From contig CM120642.1 in assembly GCA_051362555.1 (NCBI GenBank), positions 9,672,001 through 9,736,000 on the forward strand: a stretch of 64,000 nucleotides of DNA, read 5' to 3'. This document shows, piece after piece, positions 54,201 through 64,000 of this stretch. Source of the stretch: Lingula anatina. Taxonomy: Eukaryota > Animalia > Brachiopoda. The position numbers and the translations under genes were made by a program. Position 1 is the stretch's first letter, and each line of letters begins with the position of its first letter. The notes under the pieces are model-generated. The model worked only from the letters and a program-made list of their open reading frames with translations, was not told the origin of the DNA and made no database searches.

Positions 54201-54574
54201 TTATTTAAGAGGCAAAGTGTACAATTTTAAACATGCTACTTGTCATATTTTATATCTATTAGGCAACAACGCTGTGACCTTTTATGAATTAGATTCCATT
54301 TATGGTCATGACACATTCCTTCTTGATCTGAATGGTGTTGGGTCTGCAGTAAAGGTAACAACAATATATGAATTTTGTAGCATGAATCATTGCTAAATAA
54401 TCATCTTATATATTTTAAGGTTAATATGGTGTAAATTTTCCTCATGGAATACTGCCTCAATTCAAGTGCATGTAACTGAACTAATTTCATTTTTATCAGG
54501 GATTTCTTGAGACAGAATTAGCAGAAAAGGGAAGAGCTCGACCACAGAAAGATTTGGATAACGCAGTGCAGTGA
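47846..54574 (+). CDS. MetX-family alpha/beta-hydrolase acyltransferase, serine O-succinyltransferase (fungal Cys2/CysA) type, with probable mitochondrial presequence, about 11 exons
   Basis: [48 protein letters not shown], nucleophile elbow [19 protein letters not shown]...[17 protein letters not shown], catalytic Asp in TDILFP and catalytic His in GHDTFLL. The N-terminus [12 protein letters not shown] is basic. Confidence 0.9.
48640..48746. mobile_element. Right half of a Harbinger-like MITE of the family at 63030-63213
   Basis: gaggag.tgtgtcattcagttaagctgattg...cagagtt...atctac...gggaatggggtc matches 63114-63213. Confidence 0.7.
48750..49232. mobile_element. Harbinger-type MITE with TTA TSD, longer relative of 16776-17020
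   Basis: tta|cggaccgttcatatgaaaaatc...gatttttcatatgaacgctccc|tta. It shares gcgtaattactggcagcgc.agccagtta and accgtgatca with the 16776 element. Confidence 0.85.
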
Positions 54575-56377
54575 CTTAAAATTGGACTAGCACATTCGTA
54601 TCTGTTTACAACAAAAGCGAAAAGTGAACATGGATTTCCAGAATTCTAACAGCTTTCTCCCCCAACCACAACTGTCACAACAGTGGCAAATAGGGGCTTG
54701 ATATCCAGACAGCCATGAACGCAAATGGCAGCATGGCTACCAGACACAAGTGCGTGCAGCATACAAGGTTTATGGACTTTAATGAGAGGGCAACTAATTC
54801 ATTACCATAGACTTAGTGTACCAATGACATTACAAAAGCCTGTAGGTAGGCAGAAAACATCTTTAACAATAACTATGCAAACAAGCTAAACTATGATAAG
54901 GGGCCTATTGTTTAGTGTTACTGGTGCTAGGAATATTGAATGGAGATGGGAATTTTTAAACATAAATTTACATTGTATTTTCACATGAGAAGTAATATTT
55001 TGTAATAATTTTTCAATTGAGTGGTAAAGCTTTAAGGCAGGTTTGCCTATTTTTTCATTTATTTTTGTGGATCCTTTGTATGAAAGGTCATCATATTGCA
55101 CCCTTTTTGGCAAGTACAGATTTTAAAGCTTCTGTAATGAAAAAACCTAAGAATTATTTATTCTCAAATAATACCAATTTCTCAATGTGGAAGGTCAAAA
55201 GTGCCAAGTCCATCAGTGTACATTTTTCATCACATTTATGCATCTTTGTTCTCGCAAAAAACATCTTGAAAATCATTGTCTTAATATATAAATGAGTTGT
55301 AAACTCTTTTACAACTATTGACATTTCATAATTTTTTCTTTCTGCGGAAAAAAATAAGTGCAGTATAATGAATTTCATAAAATGGATCATTTTGTGTGGG
55401 ATTTTTTCCCTCTAAAGATGCCCAATTCATTTTCTTTGAATATTATTTACTTATATCAGAAAGGCAAGTTCCATCATTTTCAAAAAGTAAATTAAAGTAC
55501 AATGTAGACATATTAAACTACACTTTACGTTACCCTATTGTAAAATCAGTGGTCTCAACGGTAAATTAAAAAAAAAAATGAAAATACATTTTTTAAAAAA
55601 ACATTCCATTATGCCCCTTTAAAGCACACTTAGTAAAATGTTTTAATAAATCTACTATTTATTGACAAATTGCATGATAGTTGCAAAATTTTTTTTTTTT
55701 CAATGTTATGAGACATTTGTATAATTTAAACTTTTCAAATAATGTATTTATTTATAAATGTTCATAGGTCATGTTTATATAAATATATTTATTACATTTA
55801 TCATCCATTCAGAAGTTAATCACTCACAAGTTTGTGAATAAGTAGGTATATTATTATCAGTGTTTGTTAAAAATATTTATTTTGCAGTTTCTTTATCACT
55901 GCACAGTATTGATTATAGCAATAAATGCAAATAATTATTATGCATATTCAGCTTTTGGTCCAACATGAATGTATTTAAAGCTGAGTTACACATTGCAATG
56001 TTCTATATCATGTAACTTGTTTATATTTTCATATAAACACCTGGAGCAAAGAATATCTTGCTGTACTGAGACCCAAACTTCCAGGTTTTCAATTGCAATA
56101 AAAATGTTCAATAAACACATTTTGTGTAGTGTTATTGCCAAAACCAACCAAATAGCTATGAGTTTTTGCCTTGAAATCATTCTTTTTTTCTTTAATGAAA
56201 TACAATAATCTTGTATTTTAATGCATGTGTTTCAATTTCAAAAATCATGATAATTAAAATAAATATTCATTAATTTTCAAAAATAGAAAAAAAAACGACA
56301 ATTAATTACTTGTATTTATTAAAGTTTATTTTATAAACTTGTATGCTGAACGTAAACCCTCAAATGTCAATGCAGCA

Positions 56378-59300
56378 TTAATTTTTCATCCAGTTTGCTG
56401 TGGCCATTTTCCTGACAATGTCTCCATGCTGGGGATATTTTTGTAGTAAGTCCAAACCTTTCTCCTCACTAGTGCTCCAGTCGCCCAGTTCAAAAGCTGA
56501 AAAATGGATTAAGAAATTTAATATGTTAAGTAATAATCTACCAGGGTCACAAATTGATTTTTCACTTCATATTCACAAATATGTCTCTGGCTAATTCATG
56601 ACACTTTTCTCTGCAGTAAGCTAAGTTCTTTAACCTGTAGCCCTGGTAGAGGATACCTTTAGGTAGACTTTTACTTAATTACGCTGTCATCGCTTTTAAA
56701 CGAACTGAAATATCAAATATGTGAAGTAAAAGGGTAAGCTTTTAACTATACAAAATGACCATGTTCCTGGGCCTTTTAAAACATTAAAGAGGATCACCTG
56801 GAGCTAGAACTGCCCCAAAGAAAACAGCTTCCGATGTGTCCATCAGTTCAAAGGCGTACCATGTCCCATGGTGGACCAGCACCTGGTAGTGAGCCTCACT
56901 GTGGGACAGAGTGTCGCCAAAAATCTTGCTGGAATAATTTCCATCTTCATCAAGGAAGTGAAACTGGAATTAAAGAAGACATCTATGTGTGTTAATGTTT
57001 AGACACTTATTTACTATGAGATATTTAGTTGATGCCTTTTTTCTTACAGAAATGTGCACGCACAAACAGACACACACACACTCAGTGACATGCTAACATC
57101 CACACCTAAACATATATAGAAATATAGATAAAGAATATCATATTTATTCCCATCTCATATATACTCAATCTCTTTCAAAATATAAATAATGTTGCTCATT
57201 TATGAAGTGTGTGTTACTTTGCCTTCAATTTTTTATATACACTAATCTTGTGTTGAGAAGAAAATAAACATGCAATTGGTGGCAATTTCTTCTGATTATG
57301 TTAATATTACCTTTATAGCACCTCCTCCATGATAAATGAGCAGTTCATCAGACTTGTGGATATGCCATGCCAGGCCATTTTTGCCCGCTTTTAGAACCAT
57401 ATAAATAGAAGAGCCTGCTTGACGCTTGCCTTCATGACTGCAAAAATAAGATAAAAATTGACTTCACGTTGTTGAATCATTAATCTGAAAGGACACAATC
57501 TTTTTTATTGAAAAGTTGTCTAATGTGTGTTTTATTTTGAAAGCTATCTCATATTTTTCATTATTTTAAAAACAGTTCTATAATCATTTTGTCTGTAGAC
57601 ATGTAAATGAATAAATCAAGATAAAAGTTTTAAAATCATAGTACATGTGCCATATTCTTCATTTCTGATGTATGTATTCATATTTTTTTGTTTATCTTTT
57701 ATTAATATAAAATAAATAAATCCCTTCCTTTGGAAAATTAAAATAAACTAAAAAAAAGCACTTAAAGAATACACACTTTCCCAAGGACAGCTCAATTCTC
57801 ATTACTAATTGATTTATTTATGGATCACCACTGAAATTTGGTTATAAGTTACCCCATTTCCAACTTATCCTGAAAATGTCATCAAAGAGATGGACACAGA
57901 AACAAAAACATATAATAACCTCCAAACATGGAGGTTACAACTGCAAACCAATGGTAATTTGTAACCCTGTGTTATCTGTACCTTCCATTTGTGACTGTCA
58001 CAGAGTGCTCTGTTCTCCACACTTCACTAAAGAATCCACCTCGACACACAGGGTGCGGAGCCAGCTGTAACTTTGATGCGATCAGTTCCATCATCTCTGT
58101 ATCAAACCTAGATGAAATATTAATGAACAAAGATCAATGAATTGTTTTTTTTTTATCACAGAGGATTTAGGGAAAACAGTTACTTGTCAATGATCAATTC
58201 AAGTTTTTTTTTAATATTTCTGCAACAAGTTGGAAGATACTTAATGAGGAAAATTTCACCTTGATTTCTTAATACATAATATATAAATTGTCCTTTGGTT
58301 TAATTTACTATGCAATATCCTAATTCTTTTTCTAATTCATCAAAAGATATAATTCACACCAGAAATAGTATGAATTTCTGGACACTTAAAACAAAATTAA
58401 GAAACTATCTTTAATAAATAATTATATATAATGACCCTTTAAAATTCCTATACTACTTATGCCCACTGCTAGGGGAGACAAAAAGCCATTGTTTGACAAA
58501 ATTTATATATTTCAGAAAATGAAATCAGAAGAAGAATTCAATTTTTTCAATTGAATTTCCTCACTTTTCTGGTCGGACCAGAACACTGTTCATAAAATCT
58601 GAAGAAGCCCTGTTAGTAGTGGCTAAAGCCTCAATAATGTCTTTATGCTGGGGGAACAATGGCACCAGTCCTCCCTCTGGTGGTGCTGACCAATCTTTGA
58701 ACTCGAAACCTGCAGAACAAGAAAAAATATTTTTAAATAACAAGAATAACTAGAAAAGCACAGACCTCTGCAAGATCAGTTTAATTATAAATTAATTGAC
58801 TAATGGACACCTGTCAAAATCTACTTGATTCCAAGTTAGACCATTTACCAAACAAAGCTACTCAGTGAATTTAGAGTAAAACAAAAATACAGTTTTGAAG
58901 TTATGGGGTGAACATCAACAAAATTGTGAAAAAAAAAAAAATTACTGTAAATGTAAACTTATCATGCTGATTTTCGAATGCAACCTGCCCCTTTACCAAA
59001 CAATTAAAGCCACTCAGTCAACCTTAAGTAAAACAAAAATATGGTTTGGCAGTTATGGGGCTAACAACATGTGTCAGACAGCGACAGAGACAACATGGAC
59101 AACATGGGTCAAGAAAAGACCAATCAGCATTTATAGTGTCTGTATATAAAAACTTGCCTGTTATAAAATTTACTAACCTGGTGCCACTACTTCACTATAG
59201 AAGGCATATTGCAGTTTGTCAGTCAGTTCATAAGCAAACCAAGAACCATGTGGAATAACAACTTGAAAATCTGCTTCTTCATTTGTCAAGGTGTTGCCTA

Positions 59301-60036
59301 GCAACTTACTTTGGTATTTGCCATCTGGGAGTATAAGGTGGATCTAAATATTACAAAACAGAAAAAGCTATTTTATCTTTTCAAACAATCGTTTTTATTT
59401 TGTGATAGGAAATAAACTACACCCTGGAGATGATTAAATTAAGCAGTCTAAAATGCTATTGCAAACAGTTTGAAATCATTGAAAAATTTACCTTTAAAGG
59501 AACACCATGGTGAAAGAAAAGAACTTCATCTGACTTTAATTTATGCCATGTCATCTTTTCCTCTCCACTCAACAGAAGGTATATAGAGGTTCCCGCCCTT
59601 CTGGTTTCATCACCAAATCTTCAGAAGAAAAGAAAACAGTATCAAGGAGCTTATCAATTGTTTGACATTTAGTTGAGAAGTACATGTGGTATAAAGAGAT
59701 TCTTGATTATATATACATAGAACTATAGTATATCACAGATGAAACCGTGTTGCATCCTCATCAGAAAGGCTTTATATGATCCATCAGTGACAAGCAAAAT
59801 TATCCATAATGAAAATGCAATTATTTGTAAAATTAAACGTATACATAAGTAAGAGAATTTTTTTCAAGAAAAATTCACTTCAGATAGGATATACCTTTAA
59901 AAATATTAATTTTAGTATGCACTTACTCTCCAGTGTCCACTTTGACCATATGTTCTGTAAACCAGGTACATTTAATCATTCCAGTGACTGAGTGAGGCTC
60001 AAAGCCCATACTTGTGGCAAACGTTGACAAGTTCAT
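56378..60036 (-). CDS. Tandem double Cupin_5 (DUF985 / yeast Cff1-like) protein, 8 coding exons
   Basis: Domain 1: MNLSTFATSMGFEPH..., GTSIYLLL, WHKLKSDEVLFFHHG, FQVVIPHGSWFA, VVAP|GFEFKDW, FPQH. Domain 2: LQLAPHPVCRGGFFSEVWR, GSSIYMVL, WHIHKSDELLIYHGG, YQVLVHHGTWYA, VLAP|AFELGDW, YPQH. All junctions are in frame; stop at 56378. Confidence 0.87.
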
Positions 60037-60689
60037 TCTAAAAATGAAGTAAACAACTGAAAACAATTAATTCTTCATTGTCAAGAATAACCTTGTGTCA
60101 TAAAGGGTGTTACATATTTTTTCAAGTAAGACAGAAATATAGATATATATAATAATAATTTGATAAAATAATTTGTTTGTTATAATTCAGAAGTGGGTGC
60201 ACATTCTGTAGTTTACATATATAATAATTTTCATGCTTAGGGATTATTTGTTAGGCAACATCTCTTTGGTTTTAAGATCCCCTTGTTTGCTGCATGCATG
60301 ATGTATGAATATTTGGCCACTGATGTCCAATGTTTGCCTAAAATAAATGTGCATGTGTGTACAGGTAATATTTGTACAGTGTAGCTGCACCAGAATGTAC
60401 TCTTTTCCTCACAACCATAGTTACAAATTAATTTAGCCACCACCCTCAACTTCAGGAGTTTTGTGTAGAAATAAGTCTATCAGCATTGGGCCTTTTGATT
60501 TTTTCCCTGCCATATGTAAAATTAAAAAAAAAAGTGCGTTTGCTACAGCAATTAAATTAAGTCTTTGAGGGCTTGCTTTGCAACATTGTTACATGTACAG
60601 GAACATTGCACAAAATTGTTTGATATACAGACGTTCACAATGTTCTTTAGAAAATGCTTTTAATGAATAAGCTAATAAATATGAACTGT

Positions 60690-61210
60690 CTTCTTTAACC
60701 GCAAGTAAAAGAAGATGGACCTTTCAGTGCCGCTCCGTGTCCTGAGGTTACCCACATGTGGACTGTTTACACGTTATCCCATTCTAGGTCACCTATTTTA
60801 ACGGGCTGTTTTTTTTATTGGTTTTTGATTGGTCTACACAAAACGGTGTCATGATATACCACAATTATGGATAAAAGCTTACTTGATTGTGAAAGACATC
60901 CAGGGTTTGTTTCTTTAAAAAGAATAGTTAATGATAAATTTATAGTATTTATTTATTTTCTTTACTCACTAATGATATAGTATTCACATACTTGAGACAT
61001 TTGACGTACAATTGGTATTACTTTTATGGTAATGTCATGTGACTTCGGCGGACGGAGACGAGCATGGAGGGAACATTCAAAAGCAATACGACTTTATCAG
61101 AAATATTTGTTGATTTTACGGTTTGTACCGTTGCAATTTTTGTAATTCTTTATTTTTCGATTATGATGTTCCATGAAGTAGAGCATAGTTAGCCCCTTGT
61201 GCGAGGTTCT
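60690..61210. promoter_or_regulatory. Probable bidirectional promoter / first exons between the cupin gene and CNTRL
   Basis: CpG-retaining patch with ATTGG (CCAAT) boxes at about 60817-60832. Both flanking ATG exons start at splice acceptors, which implies upstream exons here. Confidence 0.5.
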
Positions 61211-62692
61211 TTGTTTATCAATGTATAATTCCTAGAAATTTGTTCCCTGTCATTGTATTCAAATTGTAATGTACTGTACTAATCACTTGGCTTTTTTCTA
61301 ATAGAGCCAGAGACTTTAAGTTTGATATACAGATATCTGTTTAACTGGCTATGAATTAAGTTCTCTTTTAGATCAAAAGTTCTTCGGGTGACACCGTGCA
61401 TGTCCTTTTTTCAGATGTCACTTCTTAAATCAGACAAAAGTCGCCCCACCTGATATCTACCCCCTAAATAATGGCATAGAAACTTGAAATATTTGTCACA
61501 TAATTAAGAAAGGGATCAAGGAATGCATACTTAATTGAAATTTGGTTCTGACCTTTTCCCAGGCAGAGTAAAGTGCATGTGAAGTAGGCAAAGTGAAATA
61601 AATTTTGTTCACAGGTGCATGTAATATGGGAAATACAAATTGAGTCAATGTATATTTCGAAGCATATGCAGTAGAACTTGACATAATGTTGGCTTAATGG
61701 GGAACAATGGGAAGGAGGTGGCAGAAAAATTAAAACAAATGTATTTACCTAAATTTCCAAAAAAATCTGACATGCAGGTTAAAAGCTCAAGTCATTGTTC
61801 TTATAATATACATGGAATATATTTTGTTTTGCAGCAATTTGCCAATATTTGAATTAAATGAACAAGTTTGTTCTTTTAAATTTATATATTCATCCTTTCC
61901 TAGATCATCAAGATATTGCCCAAGTGGTAGTACTAGCTGTTATTAGCCATTTGTTAACTCTGGTCGGTTGACTATGCAGTATTTATATCCTTAGTTACGA
62001 AGCACCATGACATGTAAAATTAAAAGAAAGCTGATACTCTAGGGATGCTTTTTGTGTGAAGAACAACCAGCGCCACATTTAATCATCTGCAATACCAACT
62101 AATATGTGGTGTTTTGACTTGTTAAGTTGTATACAATGTCTTACTGAGTAGTTACGTTTCTTGTCCCAATAATAATGGTTTGAGTATCAGGAGAGAGAAG
62201 TGCATAAATTAGACAGCAGAGCTGCTCAGTTACTTGAGATACTGGGTTCTCATCCAGGCTATGGGCCTTCTGTGGTTGACATATGATGATGTGATCAAAC
62301 TTTGTCCTGTCTGACTAGTGCAGTTGAACCATGCTTCCACGTTCTTTTCTATTTGTTTATTTTATTTTATTTTTCTTTCCTTATATTTACAAATGGATAC
62401 ATTTATTAGGAAATGATTGATTAACTGCAAATAAGTAAACACTGGATAAACCCAGGTTGCATATATAGTGTGTGTGTTTTTTTTTTTTTACCTTATTCTG
62501 TTGAAAATGCAACATTTGAAAGTTAAATTTTATAACTAAATAGTTATGATAATAACAAGAATGATTTATCACATGGACGATAATACTTTTTGTTAGTAAT
62601 AATTCATTTCTAAAAAGTTGAAAACTTCTGCCATGTAAAACTACGGAAAATGGCTTTTATGTCCTGATTTCTTTTTAGGTTGGCTATGAGAT

Positions 62693-64000
62693 ATGAGCAG
62701 AGTAGGCAGACAAGCGGTAACAAGAGGGGGAAGAGGAGGACAACCACTTGGGTCAAGGGTTAAAGCTCAACCTGTGCCTGGTGGGTCAAGGGTTAAACAA
62801 CAAAATCCTCCACTTGAAGATAAAACTAATCTGAGAGAACCCATGGCAGATAGAGGAGGTGAGTGATTTCATATATGTAATGTTAGCTCTTGATATCAAT
62901 GTTTCAGGAAAATTATCAGAAGTTGCAATTTACTTTGCTGTACTTCCACAGGTTTAGTTGTGTACCTTATTGTATTAGCTTGCAACTGGTGTGTTCGATT
63001 TCAATAAATTGATTCAATATACTAATAAAGGGTCCATTCCCATGAAACTATTATTCCACATAGATTGATTTTTAACTCCCTGGGAAAACCTCTGAATGCA
63101 ATCAATTGGAAACGAGGAGTCCTGTCATTCAGTTAAGCTGATTGTGTTCAGCAAAAGTCTCCCCAGAGTTCGATTGATCTACATAGAGCGATAGTTTCAT
63201 TGGAAATTGGTCTTAACATGTATCAAGATAAACAGCATGTTGTATGTAATTACTATTCTAACATTTAGGTCAGCCTGGGGTCAGGTACATTACAGATGAC
63301 CTCATCAGGAGAGTGACCAAAGAGCAGCACCTGGACCAGGTCACTGTCCTCAACCTGACTCTGTCAAAGGAAGGAGGGAAGAAAATAAAAGTATGTTTTA
63401 AAAAGATGCATTTGATTTTTTTCTCTCATTTGTTTGCATGTTGTTGTCATGAGATAATCTAGTGTTCAGATTTTTGTAGAAATGATCACTATGACAGTAA
63501 CATTTTATGTATATTTATAGCTTTTTGTTATGAATTATTTGTGAAATGTTAGGAAAATGAGTAAATATTGGTATGAGTTAAAATGTTTTATTAAAGTTAT
63601 TTTTCATACCATTTTTGGTGCATCTAAATTTTAACAAAATTTGTGAAAATAATCAATATCATACCTTATTTTACTAAAAGCAAAATTTGATACAAATTCA
63701 CAAGATCTGTCATTTTTTATCATGTTTCAATTTTATTCCAGTACATAGAAAACTTGGATGGCCTAAGACGCTTACAGGTGCTGAACCTCAGTTGCAACAT
63801 GATTGAAAAAATGGAAAAGTTGGAGAAACTTACAAAATTACGAGAACTCAACCTATCTTTTAACCGGATTTCAAAGATAGAAGGGATAGAGACACTAGCA
63901 GCCCTTCAGGTTTTGAATTTGACTGGAAACAACATAGAATCACTACCTCACTGGCTTGGAAAGAAGTTGAGATCTCTGAGAGTGATTAGATTAGCGAAGA
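62693..64000 (+). CDS. CNTRL: Centriolin (CEP110) N-terminal LRR region; continues past the window's right edge
   Basis: Exons 62693-62858, 63269-63390 and 63742-64000 read GVRYITDDLIRRVTKEQHLDQVTVLNLTLSKEGGKKIK-YIENLDGLRRLQVLNLSCNMIEKMEKLEKLTKLRELNLSFNRISKIEGIE...HWLGKKLRSLRV, closely matching the centriolin N-terminus. Confidence 0.93.
63030..63213. mobile_element. Harbinger-like MITE in a CNTRL intron
   Basis: gggtccattcccatgaaactat...atagtttcattggaaattggtct|taa; homologous to 48640-48746. Confidence 0.7.

Noticed and set aside
47846-60036. MetX-like and DUF985 genes as bacterial contamination or recent horizontal transfer
   Set aside because: Both have many canonical spliceosomal introns and host-like composition, and are interleaved with animal genes.

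Overview
AT-rich, intron-containing animal DNA, most likely from a marine invertebrate (the taxon cannot be fixed from sequence alone). I reconstructed nine spliced genes by hand from GT-AG boundaries and reading-frame continuity. In order: the 5' end of neuropathy target esterase PNPLA6/7 (-), a two-exon CARD + NB-ARC + TPR receptor (+), a serpin with a Ser/Thr stalk and GPI-like hydrophobic tail (+), GNL1 (-), ATAT1 (+), Flower/CACFD1 (-), a mitochondrial MetX-family serine O-succinyltransferase-like gene (+), a tandem double Cupin_5/DUF985 gene (-), and the 5' end of centriolin CNTRL (+). The five genes with recognisable human orthologs map in human to the MHC class I region (GNL1, ATAT1) or to MHC-paralogous 9q33-34/19p13 (CACFD1, CNTRL, PNPLA7/6), so this may be a compact proto-MHC block. 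Inside it is a CpG-retaining, transposon-rich island of about 21 kb holding the two immune-type genes. Non-coding DNA has a decayed LINE, a hAT-like element with a 7-bp TSD, and many foldback MITEs. Gene names come from recalled motifs, not database searches.
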